Below, piece after piece: positions 50,629 through 57,945 of a stretch of DNA of 64,000 nucleotides. Both the position numbers and the translations under genes were made by a program. This DNA comes from Thermodesulfobacteriota bacterium. GTDB lineage: Bacteria > Desulfobacterota_D > UBA1144 > Nemesobacterales > JAJCZQ01. Below the pieces are notes generated by a model. It saw only the letters and a list, made by a program, of their open reading frames with translations, ran no database searches and was not told the origin of the DNA. The stretch spans positions 1,216,001-1,280,000 of the forward strand of contig OZ244044.1 in NCBI GenBank assembly GCA_965215275.1, read 5' to 3'. How positions within the stretch are numbered: the stretch's first letter is position 1; the number at the start of each line of letters is the position of its first letter.

Positions 50629-52026
50629 TTAGTCAACCGTTCTTATCTGGATCGAGTCGCTGTTGGTTCGAGTAATTATATCAGAGACTACAACCACCCT
50701 TTCTCCCACTTTGAAACCTTCTTTCTTTAAAGCATCAACTGCTTTTTTAATTGTAAGTTCCGGCTCTTTGTTAAATTTTATTAAATGTGCTGCAACCGAT
50801 CTGTTTAAAGCAAGTTGCCTTTGCACCGTTTTATCTTCCGTAAACGCATATATATAAGTTTTGACAGGTCTGCGGTTCGTTACGTACTGGGCCATGACAC
50901 CACCTTTAGTTATTACGACCACTGCTCTTGAACTTATAGCTTCTGCCAGACCAACTGCCGTAGCGGCGATGTGTTGTTTTTCATTGGTTTTAATAAGGTT
51001 TTTTCTGAAATTGAGTCCTGGCTGTTTTTCGGAAGCTCTTGCAATTTTATCGGTATGTCTTATTGAACTTACGGGGTATTTTCCGATAGAAGTTTCAGCT
51101 GACAGCATTACTGCGTCCACTTCTTCATATACTGCATTGGCTACGTCTGTAACCTCGGCACGTGTGGGAATAGGGTTTTGGATCATCGATTCAAGCATAT
51201 GAGTGGCGACTATGACCCTTTTGCCTTTTTCTTGACAAAGTCTTACGATATTCCTCTGTACATTTGGCAGTTCCTCTATATTTATTTCAATGCCTAAGTC
51301 TCCCCGTGCTACCATAATGGCATCGGAAACATCAATGATCTCTTCTATATTGCGAACTCCCTCTTGATCTTCTATTTTGGAAATGACCTTTATCTTATTG
51401 GCATTTTTACCAAGAAACTTTTTAAGTTCCTTAATGTCTTTTGCTTTTCTTACGAAAGAGAGGGCTATATAGTCAACGCCGTTTTTAATTCCGAAAAGTA
51501 TATCTTTTTTATCTTTGTTCGTGATTGCGGGCAGAGCTATCTTTATACCTGGAAGGTTAACGTGTCTCTTGCTTTTTAATGTACCTCCATCAAGTATTTT
51601 GCATTTAAGCAGACCTTGATTCTTTTTCAATACTCTCAAATTTATAAGACCATTATCGACCGTGATCGTATCTCCCTCGTTTACGGCGTTGATAAGGTCC
51701 TTGTAATCAATGTGGAGTACTGAACTTTCCTCCACGTTCCCTCCTCTCACGGACACCGTTATAACGTCTCCTTTTTTTAGATTGATATCCTTTTGCAAGG
51801 TACCGGTCCTTACCTCGGGGCCCTGAGTGTCCAGGATTATCGCAACCGGATGTTTAAAGGTTTCGTTCAGTTTGGTTACCGATTTGATGATATTCAGATG
51901 AGAGGCATGGTCTCCGTGCGTCATATTAAGTCGAACTGCGTTCATTCCTGCTTTATGCATCGCACTTAATTTCTTTTCAGAGCTGGTTTCCGGACCTATC
52001 GTGCAGATTATCTTAGTGTTTCTCAT
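50629..52026 (-). CDS. pyk: Pyruvate kinase
   Basis: TKIICTIGP, DTQGPEVRT, MVARGDLG, PTRAEVTDV. Start may be up to 52083. Confidence 0.97.
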   Translation of the reverse strand: MRNTKIICTIGPETSSEKKLSAMHKAGMNAVRLNMTHGDHASHLNIIKSVTKLNETFKHPVAIILDTQGPEVRTGTLQKDINLKKGDVITVSVRGGNVEESSVLHIDYKDLINAVNEGDTITVDNGLINLRVLKKNQGLLKCKILDGGTLKSKRHVNLPGIKIALPAITNKDKKDILFGIKNGVDYIALSFVRKAKDIKELKKFLGKNANKIKVISKIEDQEGVRNIEEIIDVSDAIMVARGDLGIEINIEELPNVQRNIVRLCQEKGKRVIVATHMLESMIQNPIPTRAEVTDVANAVYEEVDAVMLSAETSIGKYPVSSIRHTDKIARASEKQPGLNFRKNLIKTNEKQHIAATAVGLAEAISSRAVVVITKGGVMAQYVTNRRPVKTYIYAFTEDKTVQRQLALNRSVAAHLIKFNKEPELTIKKAVDALKKEGFKVGERVVVVSDIITRTNSDSIQIRTVD

Positions 52027-52064
52027 GGTTAAACCTTGCTCAGAAAGCGTGTTTGAACGTTTTT

Positions 52065-53072
52065 TCATTTTATCTGATTCCATAGATCAACTACCACTCT
52101 TCCTACTTGACCGCCTTCTAATATCAAATTGATCTCCCTACTTAGGTTTTCAAGGGAAACCTCTTTGCAGATCTGATCAAGACAGCTGAGGCTCCACTCG
52201 CTGGATAATTTTTTCCATATTTGTACCCTTTTGTCCATAGGGCAGCTCGCGGAATCAATTCCGATCAGGCTTATTCCTCTTAATATAAAAGGGTAAACGT
52301 TCGTGTTAAGTTCATGGGAAGCAACGTTCCCGCATGTTGTTACAGTTCCTCTTTGTTTTGTGGATCTTAAGGCGGTTGCAAGTATGTTCCCACCCACTGT
52401 GTCAACTGCTCCGTCCCAGAGACCTTTAAGCAGCAGTTTGCCTGTCTGATCATCTGTGCTTTCCCTGCTGATGATTTCAGAAGCCCCTATGTTTTTGAGG
52501 AATTCTTTCTGTTTGGATTTTCCAGTGGAGGCAGTTACTTCATAATCAGCTCTGTTTAAAATAGCTACGGCCAGACTGCCAACACCTCCCGTTGCCCCGG
52601 TTACGAGGATCTTTCCCCGTTTGGGTTTTATTCCACTTTCCTGGATTTTAAGCACGGACTGAGCTGCAGTAAAACCCGCCGTTCCATACATCATTGATTT
52701 TTTTAAAGTCAGTCCGGCGGGCATCTTTACGACCCAGCTGCCGGGAACCCTGATATACTGTCCGAATCCGCCGGATGTATCCATTCCCATATCATAACCA
52801 TGCACTATTACTTCATCTCCGGCTTTAAAGCTGTCGACTTCCGAGTATTCGACGATCCCTGCGGCGTCAACTCCCGGAGTGTGAGGATAGTTCCTTGTAA
52901 CTCCTCTGTTGCCAATTGCTGAAAGAGCATCCTTATAGTTTAAAGATGAATACTTTACTTTTGTCAGCACTTCTCCATCGGGAAGGTCATCTAAGGTCCT
53001 TTCTGATATCTCTCTTGTGAATTTTTTCTTATTTTCACTGACGACCATTGCTTTAAAGCTCTTTGATCTCAT
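52065..53072 (-). CDS. YhdH/AcuI family oxidoreductase (acryloyl-CoA reductase-like)
   Basis: YSSLNYKDAL, GTAGFTAA, TGATGGVGS, PFILRG..L.GIDS. Confidence 0.92.
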   Translation of the reverse strand: MRSKSFKAMVVSENKKKFTREISERTLDDLPDGEVLTKVKYSSLNYKDALSAIGNRGVTRNYPHTPGVDAAGIVEYSEVDSFKAGDEVIVHGYDMGMDTSGGFGQYIRVPGSWVVKMPAGLTLKKSMMYGTAGFTAAQSVLKIQESGIKPKRGKILVTGATGGVGSLAVAILNRADYEVTASTGKSKQKEFLKNIGASEIISRESTDDQTGKLLLKGLWDGAVDTVGGNILATALRSTKQRGTVTTCGNVASHELNTNVYPFILRGISLIGIDSASCPMDKRVQIWKKLSSEWSLSCLDQICKEVSLENLSREINLILEGGQVGRVVVDLWNQIK

Positions 53073-53187
53073 ATCTTGTACCTCTGTTCATCTGGTAATT
53101 TTCTGAACAACGTTGTTTAAAAGGGATATTACCGTTCCAGACAAAGTTATTCTTGTAAACCGTAAAACTCAAGTATAATACCCAGAT

Positions 53188-54345
53188 ATGAGCGTGCAAA
53201 CACAAATTAACGGAAAGAACAAGGTCCTTGGTGGTAGAGATAAGGTCAAAGTGGCAATTGCCCAGGTCTCTCCCGTGTTCATGGATAAGCAGAAAACCAT
53301 TGAGAAAGCATGCAGTTTTATTAAACAAGCCGGCGATAATGGTGCAGAATTAGTTGTTTTTCCGGAGGCTTATATACCGGGCTACCCGGCGTTTTATACC
53401 GTAGGTTATGAAACTGATCCGCATGACTGGACCGATTTCATGATTGCCTTGCAGAATAACTCGGTTTCCATTCCGAGCGAAGATACTGAGATCCTTGCCC
53501 AGGCATCAAAAGACGCAGGTACTTACGTCGTTATAGGATGCAACGAACTCAGTGACAGGGTGGGAAGTCAGACGGTTTATAACACTTTATTATATATAGA
53601 CAGGGACGGCAGTATCTTGGGAAAACACAGAAAATTGATGCCCACTTATACCGAGCGCGTTTATTGGGGCATGGGAGACGGAAGTGACCTTGAGGTCTAT
53701 CAGACGGATATTGGAAGGATCGGCGGTCTTATTTGCTGGGAAAACCACATGGTACTTGCCAGGTCGCACATAATTAATCAAGGGGAGGAATTCCATATTG
53801 CAGTTTGGCCTGGCAACTGGAAACGAGGAAGTGACAAATTACTGGATGCAGATACGGCAGAAAAGGAAAATAACTGTCTGGCGCAGTCGCTCATAAAAGT
53901 TCATGCCTTTGAGGCGGGTTCGTTCGTTTTAAGTGCCGCAGGATACTTAACCGGGGAAGATTTTCCTGAACGATGGAACCATGTGAGGGACAGCGACCAT
54001 GTAAATTTTGACTGGTCTTTGGGTGGCAGTGCCATAGTAAATCCCGGGGGCAGATATCTTTTTGAGCCACACTTTGAGAAAGATGCCGTTCTTTACGCCG
54101 AGTGTTATGCAAATCAGATAAAAGCTGTAAAAGCAATATTTGATTCTCTTGGACACTACTCAAGATGGGACGTAGCAAGGCTGGTTTTTAACAGCGACGG
54201 ATTGTCCCCTGAGCTGAGCAGCGATCATAAACGAAGTATCGATAAGCGAATCAATTCCCAGGAAGTGAAGAGGATATCGGATAGATACGAAATTGAACCT
54301 GCGAAGTTGTATGAGATACTTGAAGAGCTAAAAAGGCTGATCTAA
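53188..54345 (+). CDS. Nitrilase (carbon-nitrogen hydrolase)
   Basis: E-K-C triad: FPEAYIPGYP, HRKLMPT, GLICWEN; also D..GHYSR. Confidence 0.92.
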   Translation: MSVQTQINGKNKVLGGRDKVKVAIAQVSPVFMDKQKTIEKACSFIKQAGDNGAELVVFPEAYIPGYPAFYTVGYETDPHDWTDFMIALQNNSVSIPSEDTEILAQASKDAGTYVVIGCNELSDRVGSQTVYNTLLYIDRDGSILGKHRKLMPTYTERVYWGMGDGSDLEVYQTDIGRIGGLICWENHMVLARSHIINQGEEFHIAVWPGNWKRGSDKLLDADTAEKENNCLAQSLIKVHAFEAGSFVLSAAGYLTGEDFPERWNHVRDSDHVNFDWSLGGSAIVNPGGRYLFEPHFEKDAVLYAECYANQIKAVKAIFDSLGHYSRWDVARLVFNSDGLSPELSSDHKRSIDKRINSQEVKRISDRYEIEPAKLYEILEELKRLI

Positions 54346-54419
54346 CCCAAAAGATACAGTTCCTGTAGAGAAGTTCCTGTTCTCTAAGTGATTTTCGAAA
54401 GACGTTCCTTTAGTGTGAT

Positions 54420-54836
54420 TCAGCTTTTCATTTCCCTCTCGGGAATGAACTTGTAGGATATTACGTCCCTGCCATCTGGGGTTTTCTTCACCACTCCCGT
54501 GGTAACGAGCATCTTCTCTCCAAGTTGAAGATTGTCCATATCCTTTGTTTCTACCTGTGCCATTACTCTTACTTTTTCTGGAAAGTCCACAAGAGCAAGT
54601 GCATAAGGCACGGGAAATTCCGGCATACTTCTTCTGACGACCGTAAATGAATGTAACACGCCGGCAGGACTTAGCAGTTTTTCTTCAATGTCATCGGAGA
54701 AGCTAACCGGGTCCGCCAAGTATTTTGGAAAGGTGTAATTATCAGATTCCTTTGAATAACCTCCAATAAGTCTTACCCTGCCTTCTTCATCTGTAGTAAA
54801 CAGATCATCTCTAAAAATTTCCTGTTTTTCACTCAT
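54420..54836 (-). CDS. DUF35-like OB-fold protein with a degenerate Zn ribbon
   Basis: G.LHSFTVV, PYALALVD, RVMAQV OB-fold motifs; no cysteines. Confidence 0.8.
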   Translation of the reverse strand: MSEKQEIFRDDLFTTDEEGRVRLIGGYSKESDNYTFPKYLADPVSFSDDIEEKLLSPAGVLHSFTVVRRSMPEFPVPYALALVDFPEKVRVMAQVETKDMDNLQLGEKMLVTTGVVKKTPDGRDVISYKFIPEREMKS

Positions 54837-54955
54837 AAAAAACTCCTCTTACTTTGTATAGAACCAATCATACCGCTTAAAGGCAAATATTATATTCATA
54901 GTCTGTCGGTTTGTAAAATTAGGGAATTATAGTAAATAGTTGACAAAAAGAAAAT

Positions 54956-54984
54956 TTGATAAACGGGTCAGAAAATGGTAGTAT
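54956..54984 (+). promoter_or_regulatory. Putative promoter for a leaderless tnpB transcript
   Basis: TTGATA, 17 bp, TAGTAT with TGn extension; predicted start at the ATG (54991); no SD. Confidence 0.5.
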
Positions 54985-54990
54985 TATAGC

Positions 54991-56214
54991 ATGGTTAGAA
55001 CGATCACAAGAACTGTAAAGGCAGATAGTGGTTTTCATAAAAGGCTGGATGAATTCTTGCAACAGCTTACCGACCTGTATAACGGAGCTTTATATCACAG
55101 ATTAAGATCTTATGACTGGTATGAAAAAACTATCTCTAAATACGAACAGTTTAACGAACTAACTGAGGTCCGAGAACAAGACAAGGAATTTGAAAAGTTT
55201 AATGTTACAGCTCAAAGAAGCGTTCTGGAAAGACTGGATAATGCATATAGTCCTTATTTGAACTATTTAAAGAATAAAAAAGCAGGTAAGAAGGTCAGAA
55301 AGGTGGGCAGGCCAAAATACAAAGGTCCAAACAGACCTGTCAGGAGTTTTGAAACAAACAATTATAAAAACATTGAAAAGATCGGCAGGAGAACGTATTT
55401 AACGATAAAGGGAGTTGGCAGATTATCTTTCAAAGGTAGTGTGCCTGACGGAGTTGTTTTAAAACAACCTAAAACAACAATAAGGATAGTTAAAACAGCT
55501 ATAAGAATAAAAGTCCAGTTTCTATGTGAGTTTACCAGCGAAAAGAAAAGACCTATGGACAGGTCCATAGGGATCGACCTTGGAATTATAAACAGAATGG
55601 CTTTTTCAGATGGAACTAAAATACCAGGAGTTCAGTTGAACAGAAAGGAACTGAAAAGAAAGCAGAGAATTGTTTCAAGAGCGGTAAAAGGTTCTGACAG
55701 CAGAAAGAAGAAAGTTTTATCGTTAGCAAAGGAATGGGAACGAACTACCGATCGTGAAAATAACGCTATACACAGAATGACTACCGAAATAGTAAAAAAG
55801 AACAATCATATAAAGTTGGAGGATTTAAAGATCCAAAATATGGTAAAAAATCCTTATTTATCAAGAAGTGTAACGGAACAGCAATGGGGGAAGATTAAAA
55901 CCCAACTTGACTACAAAGCCGAGATAGCTGGAGGCAAGTTAGTTTTAGTTAATTCCCATTATACAACAATGACCTGTTCTGAATGCGGAAAGGTAAATCC
56001 AAAACTGCCTTTGTCTGAAAGAGTATTCAGCTGTATATATTGCGGTTATTCAGAAGACAGGGATATAAATGCAGGTAAGAATATCAATACTCTTAATGAA
56101 GGAGACTTCATATCGGGTGGGAATAAGGTAGAAATACTCCCGATGAGTGCTAAGAGTATCAGATCAAAAGAGAATGGGGATAGAGGAACTCTGCACTCAG
56201 AACAGTACGAGTAG
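54991..56214 (+). CDS. tnpB: RNA-guided endonuclease TnpB (IS200/IS605 OrfB)
   Basis: LYNGAL, GRPKYK, RuvC-I GIDLG, RuvC-II LEDL, CxxC..CxxC Zn finger, RuvC-III DRDINAGKNI. Confidence 0.95.
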   Translation: MVRTITRTVKADSGFHKRLDEFLQQLTDLYNGALYHRLRSYDWYEKTISKYEQFNELTEVREQDKEFEKFNVTAQRSVLERLDNAYSPYLNYLKNKKAGKKVRKVGRPKYKGPNRPVRSFETNNYKNIEKIGRRTYLTIKGVGRLSFKGSVPDGVVLKQPKTTIRIVKTAIRIKVQFLCEFTSEKKRPMDRSIGIDLGIINRMAFSDGTKIPGVQLNRKELKRKQRIVSRAVKGSDSRKKKVLSLAKEWERTTDRENNAIHRMTTEIVKKNNHIKLEDLKIQNMVKNPYLSRSVTEQQWGKIKTQLDYKAEIAGGKLVLVNSHYTTMTCSECGKVNPKLPLSERVFSCIYCGYSEDRDINAGKNINTLNEGDFISGGNKVEILPMSAKSIRSKENGDRGTLHSEQYE

Positions 56215-56245
56215 TTGTTTGTCAACTATTTACTATAATTCCCTA
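56100..56245 (+). ncRNA. Putative omega RNA overlapping the tnpB 3' end
   Basis: Stems ATCGGG/CCCGAT (56112-56144) and TGAGTGC..AGAGT/ACTCT-GCACTCA (56144-56199); GTCAA right-end-like motif at 56221-56225. Boundaries are approximate. Confidence 0.55.
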
Positions 56246-56259
56246 GAATTTAACAGATA

Positions 56260-57060
56260 ATGAATAACAAGGTACCTTGTGCGTTGACGATTGCCGGGTC
56301 GGACTCATGCGGTGGTTCAGGTATTCAGGCCGACCTTAAAACGTTTGCTGCTCTGAAAGTTCATGGACAGTCGGTTATAACCTCTCTCACTGCCCAGAAC
56401 ACTCTTGGTATCCGTTCTGTGTATGATCTGCCAACTGATTTTATTGAGGATCAGCTTGATGCGGTTATGGATGATATAGGGTGTGATGCTGTAAAGATAG
56501 GTATGCTCTCAAATGTCGGTATAGTGAGGTCGGTTTCAAGGAAACTTGAGCAGTATAAAATAGACAAGACCGTTCTGGACCCTGTTATGATATCCACAAG
56601 CGGTAGTAAACTTCTGGAAGATAAGGCCATTTCAGAACTTATACGTATACTTCTGCCTAAATGTTGTTTGATCACTCCAAACGTTCCCGAGGCAGAGACG
56701 ATAACCGGAATGACAATTAACGATTTAACGAGCATGAAACAAGCGTCAGAGGCCATCAGAGATCTTGGATGTGGTTCCGTACTGCTGAAAGGGGGACACC
56801 TTGCCGGATCGGAGTTCTCCTCGGACGTTTTTTTTGATGGGAATAAATTCAGGGAATACAGAACAAAGAGAATTAAAACTAAAAACGTTCGCGGAACCGG
56901 CTGTACGGTCTCATCTGCAATCTGTGCTTACCTTGCTAAAGGTCATAAGTTAAGAGATTCAATAGATCATGCTAAAAACTATATTTTTCAGTCAATTAAT
57001 AATAGTTTTAGCATAGGCAAAGGAAGCTCTTTGTTGGATCATAACTGGGATACTGATTGA
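56260..57060 (+). CDS. thiD: Hydroxymethylpyrimidine/phosphomethylpyrimidine kinase
   Basis: TIAGSDSCGGSGIQADLKT, DPVM, TPNVPEA, KGGH, GTGC. Confidence 0.96.
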   Translation: MNNKVPCALTIAGSDSCGGSGIQADLKTFAALKVHGQSVITSLTAQNTLGIRSVYDLPTDFIEDQLDAVMDDIGCDAVKIGMLSNVGIVRSVSRKLEQYKIDKTVLDPVMISTSGSKLLEDKAISELIRILLPKCCLITPNVPEAETITGMTINDLTSMKQASEAIRDLGCGSVLLKGGHLAGSEFSSDVFFDGNKFREYRTKRIKTKNVRGTGCTVSSAICAYLAKGHKLRDSIDHAKNYIFQSINNSFSIGKGSSLLDHNWDTD

Positions 57061-57109
57061 AGTTGACAGCGATGATTACGGTAAATATTTTGAACGAATA
57101 AGGATATAT

Positions 57110-57811
57110 TTATTGGTCCGCATCAGCGTCCACGAGCAATTTACGTCCATTGATGGGTTGCACGGGGCGATTGTTATTATGGATAATAGACCTGAATACC
57201 TTGATCTGCGTTTCAGATATCTCAATAGGTGTCGTCAGAACGATCCATTTAACCCCTTCCGAACAAGGTGGAGTGGTTAACGACCCATCATATCTGTATG
57301 AAAACCTTGATATTGGCAACATATCGTCCACGTTGATCAACTCGTCCGGGACGTTCCGTGTTTCGCCGGCGTTAGTTGGTAAATTTAGCCAGACGGGATT
57401 AAAAGCCTCATTGTTCTGCCCTTTTCTGATCATAGCCCCTATAACGGCAATTGTCCCTTCTTTACTTTTGTGAACGAGGTGCATTTCCAAGTCAAACAGA
57501 CTTTCCGCCAGGGTGTGTTCGCTGGGTGAGTGAAAATGGAACTGTTGTAGCATGTATTTCGTATCTTCTATTTCAATCCAGCTCCCTTCATCATATTGAA
57601 CTTCGATCGTGAGACCGTTGTTAAGGATTTTCAAACTGGAAGGCCGGTAGTTGAAACCGATCTCTGGAAGTTTTACTCTGCTGGCATTTTCAATGTTGAT
57701 CGGGGACTGACTTTTACCCTCCGAACAAAGGAAATAGTCCGGGCTTAATTGTCCCCATACCTCTGGTCCATTATCCGTTCCGTATCCCCACTTAACTTTT
57801 CTTTTTTCCAT
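57110..57811 (-). CDS. Alpha-class carbonic anhydrase
   Basis: QSPINI, QFHFHSPSEH, EMHLVH, GSLTTPPCSEGV.W, NNRPVQP. Confidence 0.95.
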   Translation of the reverse strand: MEKRKVKWGYGTDNGPEVWGQLSPDYFLCSEGKSQSPINIENASRVKLPEIGFNYRPSSLKILNNGLTIEVQYDEGSWIEIEDTKYMLQQFHFHSPSEHTLAESLFDLEMHLVHKSKEGTIAVIGAMIRKGQNNEAFNPVWLNLPTNAGETRNVPDELINVDDMLPISRFSYRYDGSLTTPPCSEGVKWIVLTTPIEISETQIKVFRSIIHNNNRPVQPINGRKLLVDADADQ

Positions 57812-57945
57812 TTTTATTTGTTGTTTAGCGTAACGTATATTTTTTTTGGGGAATTATATACTTAACTGTGCGAAAACAAAATATAACCTTTGTATATTTA
57901 TGCACTTGACATTCATTAATAATATAAAGTAAAATGAAAAAGGTC

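Larger units (their letters stand above)
54920..56245 (+). mobile_element. Non-autonomous TnpB element bounded by a perfect 28-bp inverted repeat
   Basis: TAGGGAATTATAGTAAATAGTTGACAAA (54920-54947) is the reverse complement of 56218-56245. No transposase gene inside. Confidence 0.8.

Noticed and set aside
55552..55571. 9-bp inverted repeat CCTATGGAC-AG-GTCCATAGG inside tnpB
   Set aside because: Single short palindrome in coding sequence with no supporting context.
54991..56214. Cas12f or nuclease-dead TldR assignment
   Set aside because: No CRISPR array or cas genes nearby, and all three RuvC acidic residues are present.
54914..56251. 8-bp target-site duplication (TAAAATTA vs TAGAATTT) around the TnpB element
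   Set aside because: Only 6 of 8 positions match in AT-rich DNA; not convincing.
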